32,000 nt of DNA from Candidatus Bathyarchaeota archaeon (lineage in GTDB: Archaea > Thermoproteota > Bathyarchaeia > Bathyarchaeales > Bathycorpusculaceae): contig JAOZHU010000034.1 in NCBI GenBank assembly GCA_026014705.1, forward strand, positions 12,081-44,080. The letters run 5' to 3'. Positions 15,230-23,411 of the stretch are shown piece by piece; the first letter of the stretch is position 1; each line of letters opens with the position of its first letter. Position numbers and translations under genes: made by a program. Below the pieces are notes generated by a model that saw only the letters and a list, made by a program, of their open reading frames with translations, made no database searches and was not told the origin of the DNA.

Positions 15230-15598
15230 CTATGTTTTGGGTTTGAGTTTTTGGCGGTAAATCTTGTCCTCTGCATATAGCCAATACGAATAATGGTAGG
15301 CTTCACCGTGGTAGCGGTCCTTTATGGTAGCGTTGCTGTTGCGTAGGATGTTGTAGGCGCTTTGCCACTTGTCGGGAAGGTTGTTTTGTTTATAGGCAAC
15401 CTCGAACTGGCCAAGTTTGGCGCCCTGCTGCGATTCAAACTTTAGGATGGTGAATGTTGCTTCTTGGACTGCTACTGTTGCCTTTTGGGCTTCTTTTACT
15501 TCTGGCGGAGCTAAAGCGTCTATATACTCGTTGGCAGCGTCAGCGATCATCAGTGAAGCGCCACGAAGCTTGACTAAGAATTCGACATGCTTGTCCAC
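15230..15598 (-). CDS. Hypothetical protein (about 122 aa) of the mobile-element operon
   Basis: I set the start at the GTG at 15596-15598, which has GGAGG about 8 nt upstream and lies immediately after the AbrB-like stop. Third positions fit the local bias. TAG stop 15 nt before the helicase ATG. No family recognised. Confidence 0.45.
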   Translation of the reverse strand: MDKHVEFLVKLRGASLMIADAANEYIDALAPPEVKEAQKATVAVQEATFTILKFESQQGAKLGQFEVAYKQNNLPDKWQSAYNILRNSNATIKDRYHGEAYHYSYWLYAEDKIYRQKLKPKT

Positions 15599-15600
15599 GT

Positions 15601-15777
15601 CTACTCCTCCGCCTGTCTGATTTTGATTAACGGCTTCACGGTGACGCAGCTGTTGCTGACGACTTCCACTTGATCGCCTGCGTTTAGGGCAAAGTAGCGC
15701 AGCCACTCCTTAGGCAGAATTATGCCCATGCTGGTTTTGCCGATCCTGACGATTTTGCGGTTTTCTTTTTGAGGCAT
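15601..15777 (-). CDS. AbrB/SpoVT-type (swapped-hairpin) DNA-binding protein, 58 aa (below the ORF-track cutoff)
   Basis: Hand translation gives MPQKENRKIVRIGKTSMGIILPKEWLRYFALNAGDQVEVVSNSCVTVKPLIKIRQAEE. The segment ...V.IGKTS.GIILPKEW...L..GD.VEV... is the classical AbrB/MazE-like pattern. It is the first gene of the operon. Confidence 0.65.
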   Translation of the reverse strand: MPQKENRKIVRIGKTSMGIILPKEWLRYFALNAGDQVEVVSNSCVTVKPLIKIRQAEE

Positions 15778-15877
15778 TTTTGTTCACCTTTGTTTGCACA
15801 ACACTTAAGAGTAAAGTTGGCTGCCAATAGACTGCAAAGGTTCCAACTTGGAAACTCGAGTGTACGGAGGCATTTCT

Positions 15878-16585
15878 GTGTCGCATTACGAGAAAGCTGT
15901 GTTAGATTTGCTCAAAGAAGGACCTAAGCAGAGAAAAAGCCTTGTTGAGCAGTTATGCCCCAAAGTTATGTCGCAAAAGAAGCTGCAGAAAACGCTCAAT
16001 GAGCTTGAAAGTGCAGGTAAAGCGGTTAGCGTTTCCAGGCGGATGGAGGGAGGCAAGAACTGGACCACATGGTACATGTTGCCTGGGCAGGAGTACCTTT
16101 TGGATGTTGATGCCGCTCGCATCATCGCTGCTGTTGAGCGTTTGAAGCCGGTGTTGCTTAGGATGCCTACGGTTGATGAAATCGCCGTTGAATCAGGCAT
16201 CACGCCGCAGGAAGCTGAGAAGCTGGCCTTTAAGCTTGCAACTCAAACCGGCTGGTTCAACCCTGCGCCTGAACTTATCCGTGACGCAAGGATCAGGTTG
16301 GGGGAAGCGCTGGTTTGTGCTGTAAGAATCCGAGATAAGCATGTGGCGGAAGATGGCAAATCAGAAACCTTCGATTACGACGACGACCTCTGGGTTGTTG
16401 AGGAGGCTAAACGTTTTCTTAAAAATTATCCACATCTATTGCCTAAACTAGCCGACGACTGTGGCGAGGTTGTTTTTTGGAACCGAGAAGCGTTGAGGTT
16501 TCTTGGAGATAACTACGTCCCAAAAGAGAGGCAACGCCCTTTCTTAGTAGTTATTAATCGAGGTACTGGCGAAAGACTCCTGTAG
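15878..16585 (+). CDS. Winged-helix DNA-binding protein of the mobile element (divergent from the replication operon)
   Basis: N-terminal wHTH-like ...VLDLLKEGPKQRKSLVEQL...KTLNELESAGKAVSV... and a second HTH-like ...PTVDEIAVESGITPQEAEKLAFKLA.... Start set at the GTG at 15878, 7 nt after GGAGG. TAG stop. Confidence 0.55.
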   Translation: MSHYEKAVLDLLKEGPKQRKSLVEQLCPKVMSQKKLQKTLNELESAGKAVSVSRRMEGGKNWTTWYMLPGQEYLLDVDAARIIAAVERLKPVLLRMPTVDEIAVESGITPQEAEKLAFKLATQTGWFNPAPELIRDARIRLGEALVCAVRIRDKHVAEDGKSETFDYDDDLWVVEEAKRFLKNYPHLLPKLADDCGEVVFWNREALRFLGDNYVPKERQRPFLVVINRGTGERLL

Positions 16586-16688
16586 GTTTATGGCTTATCA
16601 AAAATCTAAGCAGGGAATAAGAAAAAGTGATTTTGCAGCCTTTCTTCTACGAAGCAAGAACAAATTTGTTCAGGTAGTTGTTGACTTT

Positions 16689-17968
16689 ATGAAAGACGCT
16701 GCCTGAACTGTACTGGCTGGTTTGCCCGTGAGCGAACATGGTCTTTGCGACCGTGTTGTTGACTGGGCTGATCCTGAGCTGCTGAAGAACTGGGCCCAAT
16801 AGGGCGCCCGTATGAGTGAATGCAGCCTGAAGCCAGCGAATAATGGGAGGTGCCGAGAAAGAATGATGTATGTAGGTGTTGATGTGGGAAAGAGCAAGTG
16901 CAGAGCAGCAATGATGAGCCCTGAAGGTAGGATCATAAGAGAACTAAATTTAAGCAACGACCGTGAAGGAATAACCTGCCTTGCTTCGTTGCTGACGATG
17001 GATGATCGCGTGGTGATGGAGTCCACTGGAGCTTATTGGCTGGATCTTTATACTGAATTAGAGGATATGCATATACCTGTAGTGTTGGCGAATCCTTTGA
17101 AAACTAAAGCCATAGCTTCGGCGAGAATCAAAAGTGACAAGGTTGATGCTAGGATACTGGCGCATTTGCTGAGAACAAATTTGATTCCTGAATGCTATGT
17201 TCCGCCCAAAGAGATGCGAGAAATAAGAAGCATGGTGAGGCACAGGTTGTCCATAGTTAAACTGCGCAGTACGGTGAAGAATAGGATTCATTCCTTGGTT
17301 GACAGAAAAGGATTGAAGCATGAGTTCAGTGACCTATTTGGCAAGTCTGGGATACAGTGGCTTAAGTCTCTGGAGCTTTCCTCGCTTGACAGGTTGATGC
17401 TGGATAACTACTTGATGCATTTGGAAAACCTCGACGCGCAGGTTAGCAGAGTTGACTTGGAGATTACGAGAAGAGCTTCTTTGGATGAAGACGTGAGGCT
17501 TCTGTTGAGTTTAACCGGCGTTAACGTGTACACTGCGTTGCTGATTAAGTCGGAGATAGGCACGATTGAACGGTTCCCAAACTATAAGCGTCTGGTTTCA
17601 TGGGCTGGTTTGGCTCCGTCGCTGCATCAATCTGGCGATTTCGAGTATCATGGAAGCATTACTAAGCAGGGTTCAACTATGTTGAGGTGGATTATGGTGG
17701 AGTCTGCGAGGGTGGCGTCTGTTCATGATCCAAGGTTGAGGGCTTTCTATGAAAGAGTGAGGGAGAGGCGTGGGGATCAGAAGGCTATTGTAGCTGTAGC
17801 GAATAAGATGCTCAAGATAATCTGGTTTATGCTGACGAAAAGGGAAGAATACGAGTCTGCGAATAAGAAGAGATATGCGAAAAAGCTTAATTCGTTAAAT
17901 GACTAAGAAGTGATTGCTGGTTTAAGGCAAGTCTCAAGTGCCAACGGTACGGAAACAGCGTCTTTCAT
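16689..17968 (+). mobile_element. IS110/IS1111-family insertion sequence (boundaries approximate)
   Basis: A transposase ORF plus a 13-bp inverted repeat: 'atgaaagacgctg' at 16689-16701 and 'cagcgtctttcat' at 17956-17968. The implied length of about 1.28 kb fits this family. Confidence 0.55.
16863..17906 (+). CDS. IS110-family (DEDD-type) transposase/recombinase
   Basis: MMYVGVDVGKSKC...VVMESTGAYW...KSDKVDARILAHL... (DEDD N-terminal domain) and ...LLSLTGVNVYTALLIKSEIGTIERFP...LVSWAGLAPSLHQSG...ITKQGSTMLR... (Transposase_20-like domain). ATG at 16863, preceded by GGAGG. Confidence 0.9.
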   Translation: MMYVGVDVGKSKCRAAMMSPEGRIIRELNLSNDREGITCLASLLTMDDRVVMESTGAYWLDLYTELEDMHIPVVLANPLKTKAIASARIKSDKVDARILAHLLRTNLIPECYVPPKEMREIRSMVRHRLSIVKLRSTVKNRIHSLVDRKGLKHEFSDLFGKSGIQWLKSLELSSLDRLMLDNYLMHLENLDAQVSRVDLEITRRASLDEDVRLLLSLTGVNVYTALLIKSEIGTIERFPNYKRLVSWAGLAPSLHQSGDFEYHGSITKQGSTMLRWIMVESARVASVHDPRLRAFYERVRERRGDQKAIVAVANKMLKIIWFMLTKREEYESANKKRYAKKLNSLND

Positions 17969-18006
17969 GAGTGTTCGCTCTGATTTTTACCGAACAACAA
18001 GCAGTT

Positions 18007-18252
18007 AGAAGAAGAACAACTGCAATTGCACAGAAGCAGCGTTTTTCTTCTTTCAGGAATCGAGTGGGCGTACTCGTTTTCTATAGATGATGCTTGGTCT
18101 TGATTGGGGGTAGTAGTCCACGCTGATTTTGGCTTGGACGACTACTATCAAAGAAGAAGAATTTGCAATAGGAAACATTATTCTTCTTTTTAGCCCAGAG
18201 CTGATGGATGGGTTGGTTGTAGTAGTGCTAGCTGAAAACGATCGCACTACTT
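18007..18252. repeat. Array of four imperfect hairpins (degenerate tandem duplication of a two-hairpin unit), each followed by a T-run
   Basis: Stems: 18009-18016/18045-18052 (aagaagaa/ttcttctt); 18111-18118/18140-18147 (tagtagtc/gactacta); 18154-18162/18180-18188 (aagaagaat/attcttctt); 18221-18228/18244-18251 (agtagtgc/gcactact). Confidence 0.5.
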
Positions 18253-18667
18253 CTTTTTGAGCTGTAGAAGGCGCAATGAGTCTGGTGCGGCAAACTCGAA
18301 TCTCTAGCTGCACAGTATTCCACGAGGCTATTTGGGCTCGCTAATTTCTAATTTTACACTGATTTGAGAAATACCAAAAAATGGATCGCGGCAAAGATCG
18401 CATGAAGACTAGTAGCAAATCCCAGCGACCCCACTAACCTCAGTTCGGGCTTATCTGGCTGAAATAAACTCAATTCGAAGGTTTCATGTTTACTGCAACG
18501 CCGTTGAAACGAGGTTTACGTGCACCAGCGCAAATCTGGTAAGTCTGCAGCAACAGTCTATAATCCACCAAGCGTAAGACTTGACACAAACCAAATGATA
18601 ATCAGGCTCTGATAGCGGAAAATTGAAAACCCTGACTTTAGCCGACCAAGCGCCTTCTGTCAATATT

Positions 18668-19006
18668 CTAAGAGCTTTCCACATTCGTTGAATGCCAAGC
18701 GTCAAGAGCCGCCTGTTTCTTTGCCTCTAAATCCCTTGCCTCTTTGATGGACGTTTTCAAGAATTCGTCAAGAACTTTCTCAAAGGGGACGGCGTAATAA
18801 GTTGAATGCTCGGGGACTGCAAGGACAAAACCTCGGGTCACCAAACTGTCCAGAATCAAACAGAGCTTATGTTTCGTAAGATTTTGGGCGCTAGCCAAGT
18901 CCTTTTTTCCGTGCGGACCTTTTTTCGCCAGATAAACGTATACTTTGGCATCAACTTCCGAGAGCCCCAGACTTGCTAATGTTTTGAGTGCTTTTTCCAA
19001 ACTCAC
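18668..19006 (-). CDS. Short TrmB-family transcriptional regulator (wHTH plus coiled coil only)
   Basis: ...LGLSEVDAKVYVYLAKKGPHGKKDLA...LTKHKLCLILDSLVTRGFV...YYAVPFEKVLDEFLK... is the TrmB N-terminal domain. GTG start with GGAGG upstream. TAG stop. Confidence 0.75.
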   Translation of the reverse strand: MSLEKALKTLASLGLSEVDAKVYVYLAKKGPHGKKDLASAQNLTKHKLCLILDSLVTRGFVLAVPEHSTYYAVPFEKVLDEFLKTSIKEARDLEAKKQAALDAWHSTNVESS

Positions 19007-19104
19007 TTCAGTGTCCTCCTATTGCTTTAAGCATCGACGTAAGAAATGAAACAAAGAAAGGGGATGTGGTATTTTTCTGTTGCTTTGGTAGTAGGGGGTC
19101 TGAA

Positions 19105-20046
19105 TTACCAGCCGACTGGGTAATCAACTAATTCTTTAAAGTGGAGTATTGCTGCATCTATCACTGGAGGGTCGTCATGCTTACCTGGGTTTGCTATGTA
19201 TACTCGATAATACTCTGAGCAACCAGCAGCATCAACTGCTATTCCATAACTAAGCGCGTGCTTGCCTGCCGCAGGCATGTTTGGGTCTTGAGCTCCATGC
19301 ACCGATATTATGGGAATGCTTATTTCAGCATTGGATACGGGATTTCTTTTCTCATAGGCTTTTGGTTTGTCATAATAGGTTCCACCATATTCAGCCTCTA
19401 TATCCGCTTTCATTTGCAAGAACTCCTTCTGCCTTTCTGGAGGTATTTTTGGCCATATAATCGGATCATTAATAACCGATACGACACTAAGGTAGGCTTG
19501 GGTTACATTTTTCATGCCACAAATATCAAGTACTCCACCATAGAGTTCTGGGTACTTCTCTCCAAGCAGCAACCCAATGAGTCCACCCATTGAATGACCG
19601 ATAATGAATACTTTTCCTGTAACGCCAAAGTTGTCGATAACATACTCTGCCAGTTGATGAGTACGAATCATGCCCATCTTTACTGCAAATCCTCCTTCAC
19701 CATAACTGGATGCAGCATAAGCAAAACCTTGCTCAAGTAAAGCAAAGGGTAAACCTATGCCTTCGCCATTAACAAGATTATCCATTGCTAATTGTGCATC
19801 TGGATTCCAATCAAACGGCATCCACTTATGACAACCAACGACTAACATTCCATTCCATTCATCAGGAATGCGAACAACAAAGTTTGCACCATCCAAAGTT
19901 CCGATGTACTCGGTGTATCCATCCATATCTGTTTTGGCTACTTTTTTCGCTTGAACCATTGAAGCAAACGGAGGTGACAGCGCAGCTATAAGAATGAGAG
20001 TAACTGCAACACCAATTATTCTTCTATTCACTTCATTCACCTCCAT
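19105..20046 (-). CDS. Secreted or anchored alpha/beta-fold hydrolase (esterase/lipase-like)
   Basis: GHSMGG nucleophile elbow, with later ...VHGAQDPNMP... (Asp) and ...PGKHDD... (His). The N-terminal signal-like MEVNEVNRRIIGVAVTLILIAALSPPFASMVQA contains an RR pair. Start chosen at the ATG at 20046 (alternatives at 20067 and 20121). Third codon positions are AT-rich. Confidence 0.75.
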   Translation of the reverse strand: MEVNEVNRRIIGVAVTLILIAALSPPFASMVQAKKVAKTDMDGYTEYIGTLDGANFVVRIPDEWNGMLVVGCHKWMPFDWNPDAQLAMDNLVNGEGIGLPFALLEQGFAYAASSYGEGGFAVKMGMIRTHQLAEYVIDNFGVTGKVFIIGHSMGGLIGLLLGEKYPELYGGVLDICGMKNVTQAYLSVVSVINDPIIWPKIPPERQKEFLQMKADIEAEYGGTYYDKPKAYEKRNPVSNAEISIPIISVHGAQDPNMPAAGKHALSYGIAVDAAGCSEYYRVYIANPGKHDDPPVIDAAILHFKELVDYPVGW

Positions 20047-20176
20047 CGGAAGCGCACTTACCTTCATCTCTGTGAGTGGAAGACTATATATTGGAGGTAG
20101 TCGGAAAAAATACGACCACATATAGAGGATTTGTCCACAATTTACTTAAGCCTAAAATGTTCATTAGTCACAATAG

Positions 20177-22342
20177 ATGGAGAGCAATTGCTTGAGTCAA
20201 GAGCAAATACTCAAGACATTTTCAAATCTCGGATTCACCCCAGTAGACGCCCAAGTGTACGTTTACTTAGCGAAAAAGGGCATGCGGAAAGCAAGCGACA
20301 TATGCAAAGCGTTGAAGTTGACTAAGCAACAACTCTATCCTTCCCTGAAGCAGCTTCAAGGCAAAGGCATCGTAACCTCCACAATTGAACATCCCGCGCG
20401 ATTCAGCGTGCTGCCCTTCGATAAAGTTCTCGACATGTTTATAAAAGCGAAAATTGAAGAAACACGACTTTTAGAGGAAAGTAAAGATGAGATTCTCGCT
20501 AATTGGCAGAACCTAAAACTCGAAGACGACACATCATCAAAATTCGCAGTGATCGAGGGCAGAAGCTACATTTACTCAAAAATCCAGCAGATGATCCGAG
20601 AAACAAAAAACCAGGTTTTGGCAATAACAACAATTCCTACCTTGGCACAGGCTGACCAACGTGACGTTTTCGACGCTGGATACAGTCATCCGTTGAAATC
20701 AAAGATTCAATTTCGCTTCCTAGCTGAGTTGTCTCAGCAAAACGTGCATGTCATGAAAGAACTTTTGAAGGAAACCGCAAAAGAAGAGCTCACCCTTGAA
20801 GGGAGAAATCCAGACTTGGGACTGACCCTGTTTCCCCAAATGCTGGTGAGAGACGAGGAAGAAGCATTATTTTTCACCAAACCGCGTAACGAGACATCGA
20901 TAATTGAAAAGGACGATGTGTGCCTGTGGACTGACTGCAAGCCCCTTGTAAAAGCGTTCACCGCCATGTTCGAGGAGTTATGGCGAAACTCAACGGGAAT
21001 CCACGAAAAAATAATTGAGATCGAAACAGGCAAGCCGACACCAAAGACGTTCATCATCGGAGACGGCGAAACAGCCAAGAAGAAGTATAACAAAACCATG
21101 AAGTCCGCTAAGGAGGAAATCTTGATCATGACTTCCTCCAAAGGTCTCGTCGAATTCTCAAGGGAAATGTCAAAACCCAATGAATGGAAAGAACGAGGCA
21201 TAGCCATCAAGATTATGGCGCCAATCGTAAACGAAAATCTGGAAGCAGCGAAACAGCTTTCTCAGGTTTGCTCTGTCAAGCACGTTCCGCCAAACTACCA
21301 ACTTACCACGATCGTGGATGGAAAAGAACTTTTCCAATTCAAAGAATCCTTCTCAGATGGTCAGCCACTCGGTTCGTCACCGCATTTCGAAAAAACTTTC
21401 TACACCAACAATCATGAATACGTGCAGAAAATGCAAACCATGCTGAGTGAGATTTGGAGACATTCCGAGGTCCCATCGCCTGACAACTTGAGATCGATTT
21501 TTGGAGAGGACGTTCGTCTTGTCGCTTTTTTTCCAGGGCCGATTCACAGCCTCGGCCCTCATGGAGCAGCATATCGACTTCCATTTGACCCAGCAAAGAA
21601 ACGCGAATTCCCGACCTTCGTTGATGATGAGCCTTCCAGAAAACTGACAGAGCAGGATGTTGTAAACGCAATTGTTGCCGCGCAGAATAATCCACCTAAG
21701 AGTGAAATATGGAGAGTCTATTCCAGCCAGGCAGTAGCAATTATTCATCCGCCTAACTTCTTCAACCTGCCATCCATGCTGATTCGCGCCCATCATATTG
21801 AAAAACACTCCACATTCGGCGAGCAAGACGTCATAATAATTAGCTTGTGGCTTGAGACATCGAAAGGTCACCTTTATGTACCGGTTGCTGTTTTGGGAAC
21901 CAGACCGCAAGCTCAATCTTTCTGGGAAAGACAATTCTCAGCAACACCAACAATCCGAAACTTCCAGCTAGCAAAGAAGGATGAGTTGCAGATTCGAGTG
22001 CATGGAAACACTCTCTTTGCTGGATGGACGGTGCCAATTCCGCTTTATCCCTCTGAGTATGTTCTTCCACCAGCCTGCATATTGATCGAGGGCTACGGCG
22101 ACGTTAAGACAGACGCGTACAGGATAATTCAACCGTCGGGCGCAGAGTCTAAGGTCAAACAAAACGGCTTCGATGCCTTCGTGACTTTCATGCATCCTTC
22201 ATCAAGATACTCGGGACCAGGCACCGACGGATTCTTGATAAGAGACTTTTTCTTGGAAGTCACCAACCCTCAGTTCTTCGGGGGGGTCCCTCCAACACAG
22301 GAAGTGAAACTGATTGAAAAAGGAAAAACTGATGAATACTAG
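20177..22342 (+). CDS. Large TrmB-family protein: TrmB wHTH, two TrmB_C-like modules, and an unknown C-terminal domain of about 270 aa
   Basis: The N-terminus ...LGFTPVDAQVYVYLAKKGMRKASDICKAL...FSVLPFDKVLDMFIK... is paralogous to the 18668-19006 product. At 721 aa it is about twice the size of typical TrmB regulators. The TAG stop overlaps the next gene. Confidence 0.75.
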   Translation: MESNCLSQEQILKTFSNLGFTPVDAQVYVYLAKKGMRKASDICKALKLTKQQLYPSLKQLQGKGIVTSTIEHPARFSVLPFDKVLDMFIKAKIEETRLLEESKDEILANWQNLKLEDDTSSKFAVIEGRSYIYSKIQQMIRETKNQVLAITTIPTLAQADQRDVFDAGYSHPLKSKIQFRFLAELSQQNVHVMKELLKETAKEELTLEGRNPDLGLTLFPQMLVRDEEEALFFTKPRNETSIIEKDDVCLWTDCKPLVKAFTAMFEELWRNSTGIHEKIIEIETGKPTPKTFIIGDGETAKKKYNKTMKSAKEEILIMTSSKGLVEFSREMSKPNEWKERGIAIKIMAPIVNENLEAAKQLSQVCSVKHVPPNYQLTTIVDGKELFQFKESFSDGQPLGSSPHFEKTFYTNNHEYVQKMQTMLSEIWRHSEVPSPDNLRSIFGEDVRLVAFFPGPIHSLGPHGAAYRLPFDPAKKREFPTFVDDEPSRKLTEQDVVNAIVAAQNNPPKSEIWRVYSSQAVAIIHPPNFFNLPSMLIRAHHIEKHSTFGEQDVIIISLWLETSKGHLYVPVAVLGTRPQAQSFWERQFSATPTIRNFQLAKKDELQIRVHGNTLFAGWTVPIPLYPSEYVLPPACILIEGYGDVKTDAYRIIQPSGAESKVKQNGFDAFVTFMHPSSRYSGPGTDGFLIRDFFLEVTNPQFFGGVPPTQEVKLIEKGKTDEY

Positions 22343-22925
22343 ATCGCTTGCATTAGTGATTACTTTTGCCGCCATCGCAGTAGCACTAAATATTATCAGG
22401 ATCCCCACAATTTATTTGCCTGGCTTCTCGTATCATTTTTATGAAATACCAATAGTTATCGCTTCCCTGCTCTTTGGTCTCAAGATAGGGGTTTTGGTTG
22501 GGCTTCTTAACCTTGCAGGCCAAGAAGTACTATTTCCTCAGGGACCCGCATTCATGGTAGCTTATCCGATAGGCTTCATAGGTTTGCTATTCACGCTTCT
22601 AGGCACACACCTAGCAATCAAATATCTCATTCGCAAAAAAACGGAAAAACCCTACAATGATCGAAAGAGAACATTCTACTTAACCGCTTTTGCATCGGCA
22701 ACTCGAGGAGCAATCATGCCAGTCATAATTTTTGAGATATATTATCAGATTCTGTTGCCTCTTGTCGGAATAAGAATCCCAGAAGCCACTGTCGTTGGTT
22801 TGATTCCTGGTTTTTTCTTTTTCACCTTGACTTTGCCACTCTACACGATCCCAATAGCCTACCTCATAGCAACAAAGGTAAGCAAATCTTTGGAAATAGA
22901 ACCATGCCTCTTAGGGCAGGCCTAA
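22332..22925 (+). CDS. Polytopic membrane protein resembling an ECF-transporter S component
   Basis: About 197 aa with roughly 6 predicted TM segments. The N-terminal ...SLALVITFAAIAVALNIIRIP... is typical of S components. The ATG at 22332 overlaps the upstream TAG (ATGAATACTAG). No ECF A/T genes are nearby. Confidence 0.5.
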   Translation: MNTRSLALVITFAAIAVALNIIRIPTIYLPGFSYHFYEIPIVIASLLFGLKIGVLVGLLNLAGQEVLFPQGPAFMVAYPIGFIGLLFTLLGTHLAIKYLIRKKTEKPYNDRKRTFYLTAFASATRGAIMPVIIFEIYYQILLPLVGIRIPEATVVGLIPGFFFFTLTLPLYTIPIAYLIATKVSKSLEIEPCLLGQA

Positions 22926-23380
22926 GAACTAGCGGTGCTTTCAGGGCGCGCTTGTAACGTTATGTCCGCGCGGGAAGGATATGTTTTTGTGTGTGATGGT
23001 TTTAGTTTACCATATCATATTAAAGGGGCTGGAAAATCTAGAAAACCAGTTAGGGCATGCCACAACTTCCTTTTTCCGTCTTCTCTCCTTTGTTTTTTAT
23101 TTGCATAATATGCTTTCTCCTCCAAGGAAAGAATGGGCGGCGAGAGGATGGCACCACTGACGAAATCTTTCAATTCCTTTCTCCATCGCCACCAACATCA
23201 AATTTGACAAACTCCCAGCGGTTCGGGAGCTTTGTTTCCTGGATGACTGCTAACAAATTGGAAGCTCGCCTCTTCTATCTATTGATGAATTCTCTCAAAG
23301 AAAACCTACCTGAGTTGGCTCCCTAAAATAAAAAAAGGAGGAAAGATACGGGAAATGGAGAAGTCGCCATTGAAAGGGTT

Positions 23381-23388
23381 AATATAGA
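23381..23388 (+). promoter_or_regulatory. Candidate TATA box for a leaderless nadK transcript
   Basis: 'aatataga' is centred about 27 nt upstream of the nadK ATG (23412). No Shine-Dalgarno sequence lies between them. Confidence 0.4.
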
Positions 23389-23395
23389 TTAAGGT
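23382..23395 (+). repeat. 14-bp direct repeat, right copy (candidate attR)
   Basis: Exact 'atatagattaaggt', identical to 10619-10632. It lies 16 nt upstream of the nadK ATG. Confidence 0.5.
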
Positions 23396-23411
23396 ATCGG
23401 TATTTACTTTA

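Larger units (their letters stand above)
10619..23395. mobile_element. Candidate integrated genetic island (about 12.8 kb) between eif5a and nadK
   Basis: A tyrosine integrase sits next to the left border and a plasmid-type replication module follows. There is an IS insertion and a lower-GC cargo block. A 14-bp direct repeat is at both borders, and core genes lie immediately outside. The extent is inferred, not proven. Confidence 0.45.

Noticed and set aside
18053-18705. Minus-strand ORFs at 18053-18313 (86 aa) and 18490-18705 (71 aa).
   Set aside because: The first is translated straight through the hairpin array (Ser/Thr/Ile low-complexity). The second overlaps the 3' end of the TrmB-like gene and is Cys/Trp-rich with no motif.
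23057-23326. An 89-aa + strand ORF in the 486-nt spacer before nadK.
   Set aside because: No Shine-Dalgarno site or promoter-like box at a sensible distance, no recognisable motif, and mixed codon bias. Possibly real, but unsupported.
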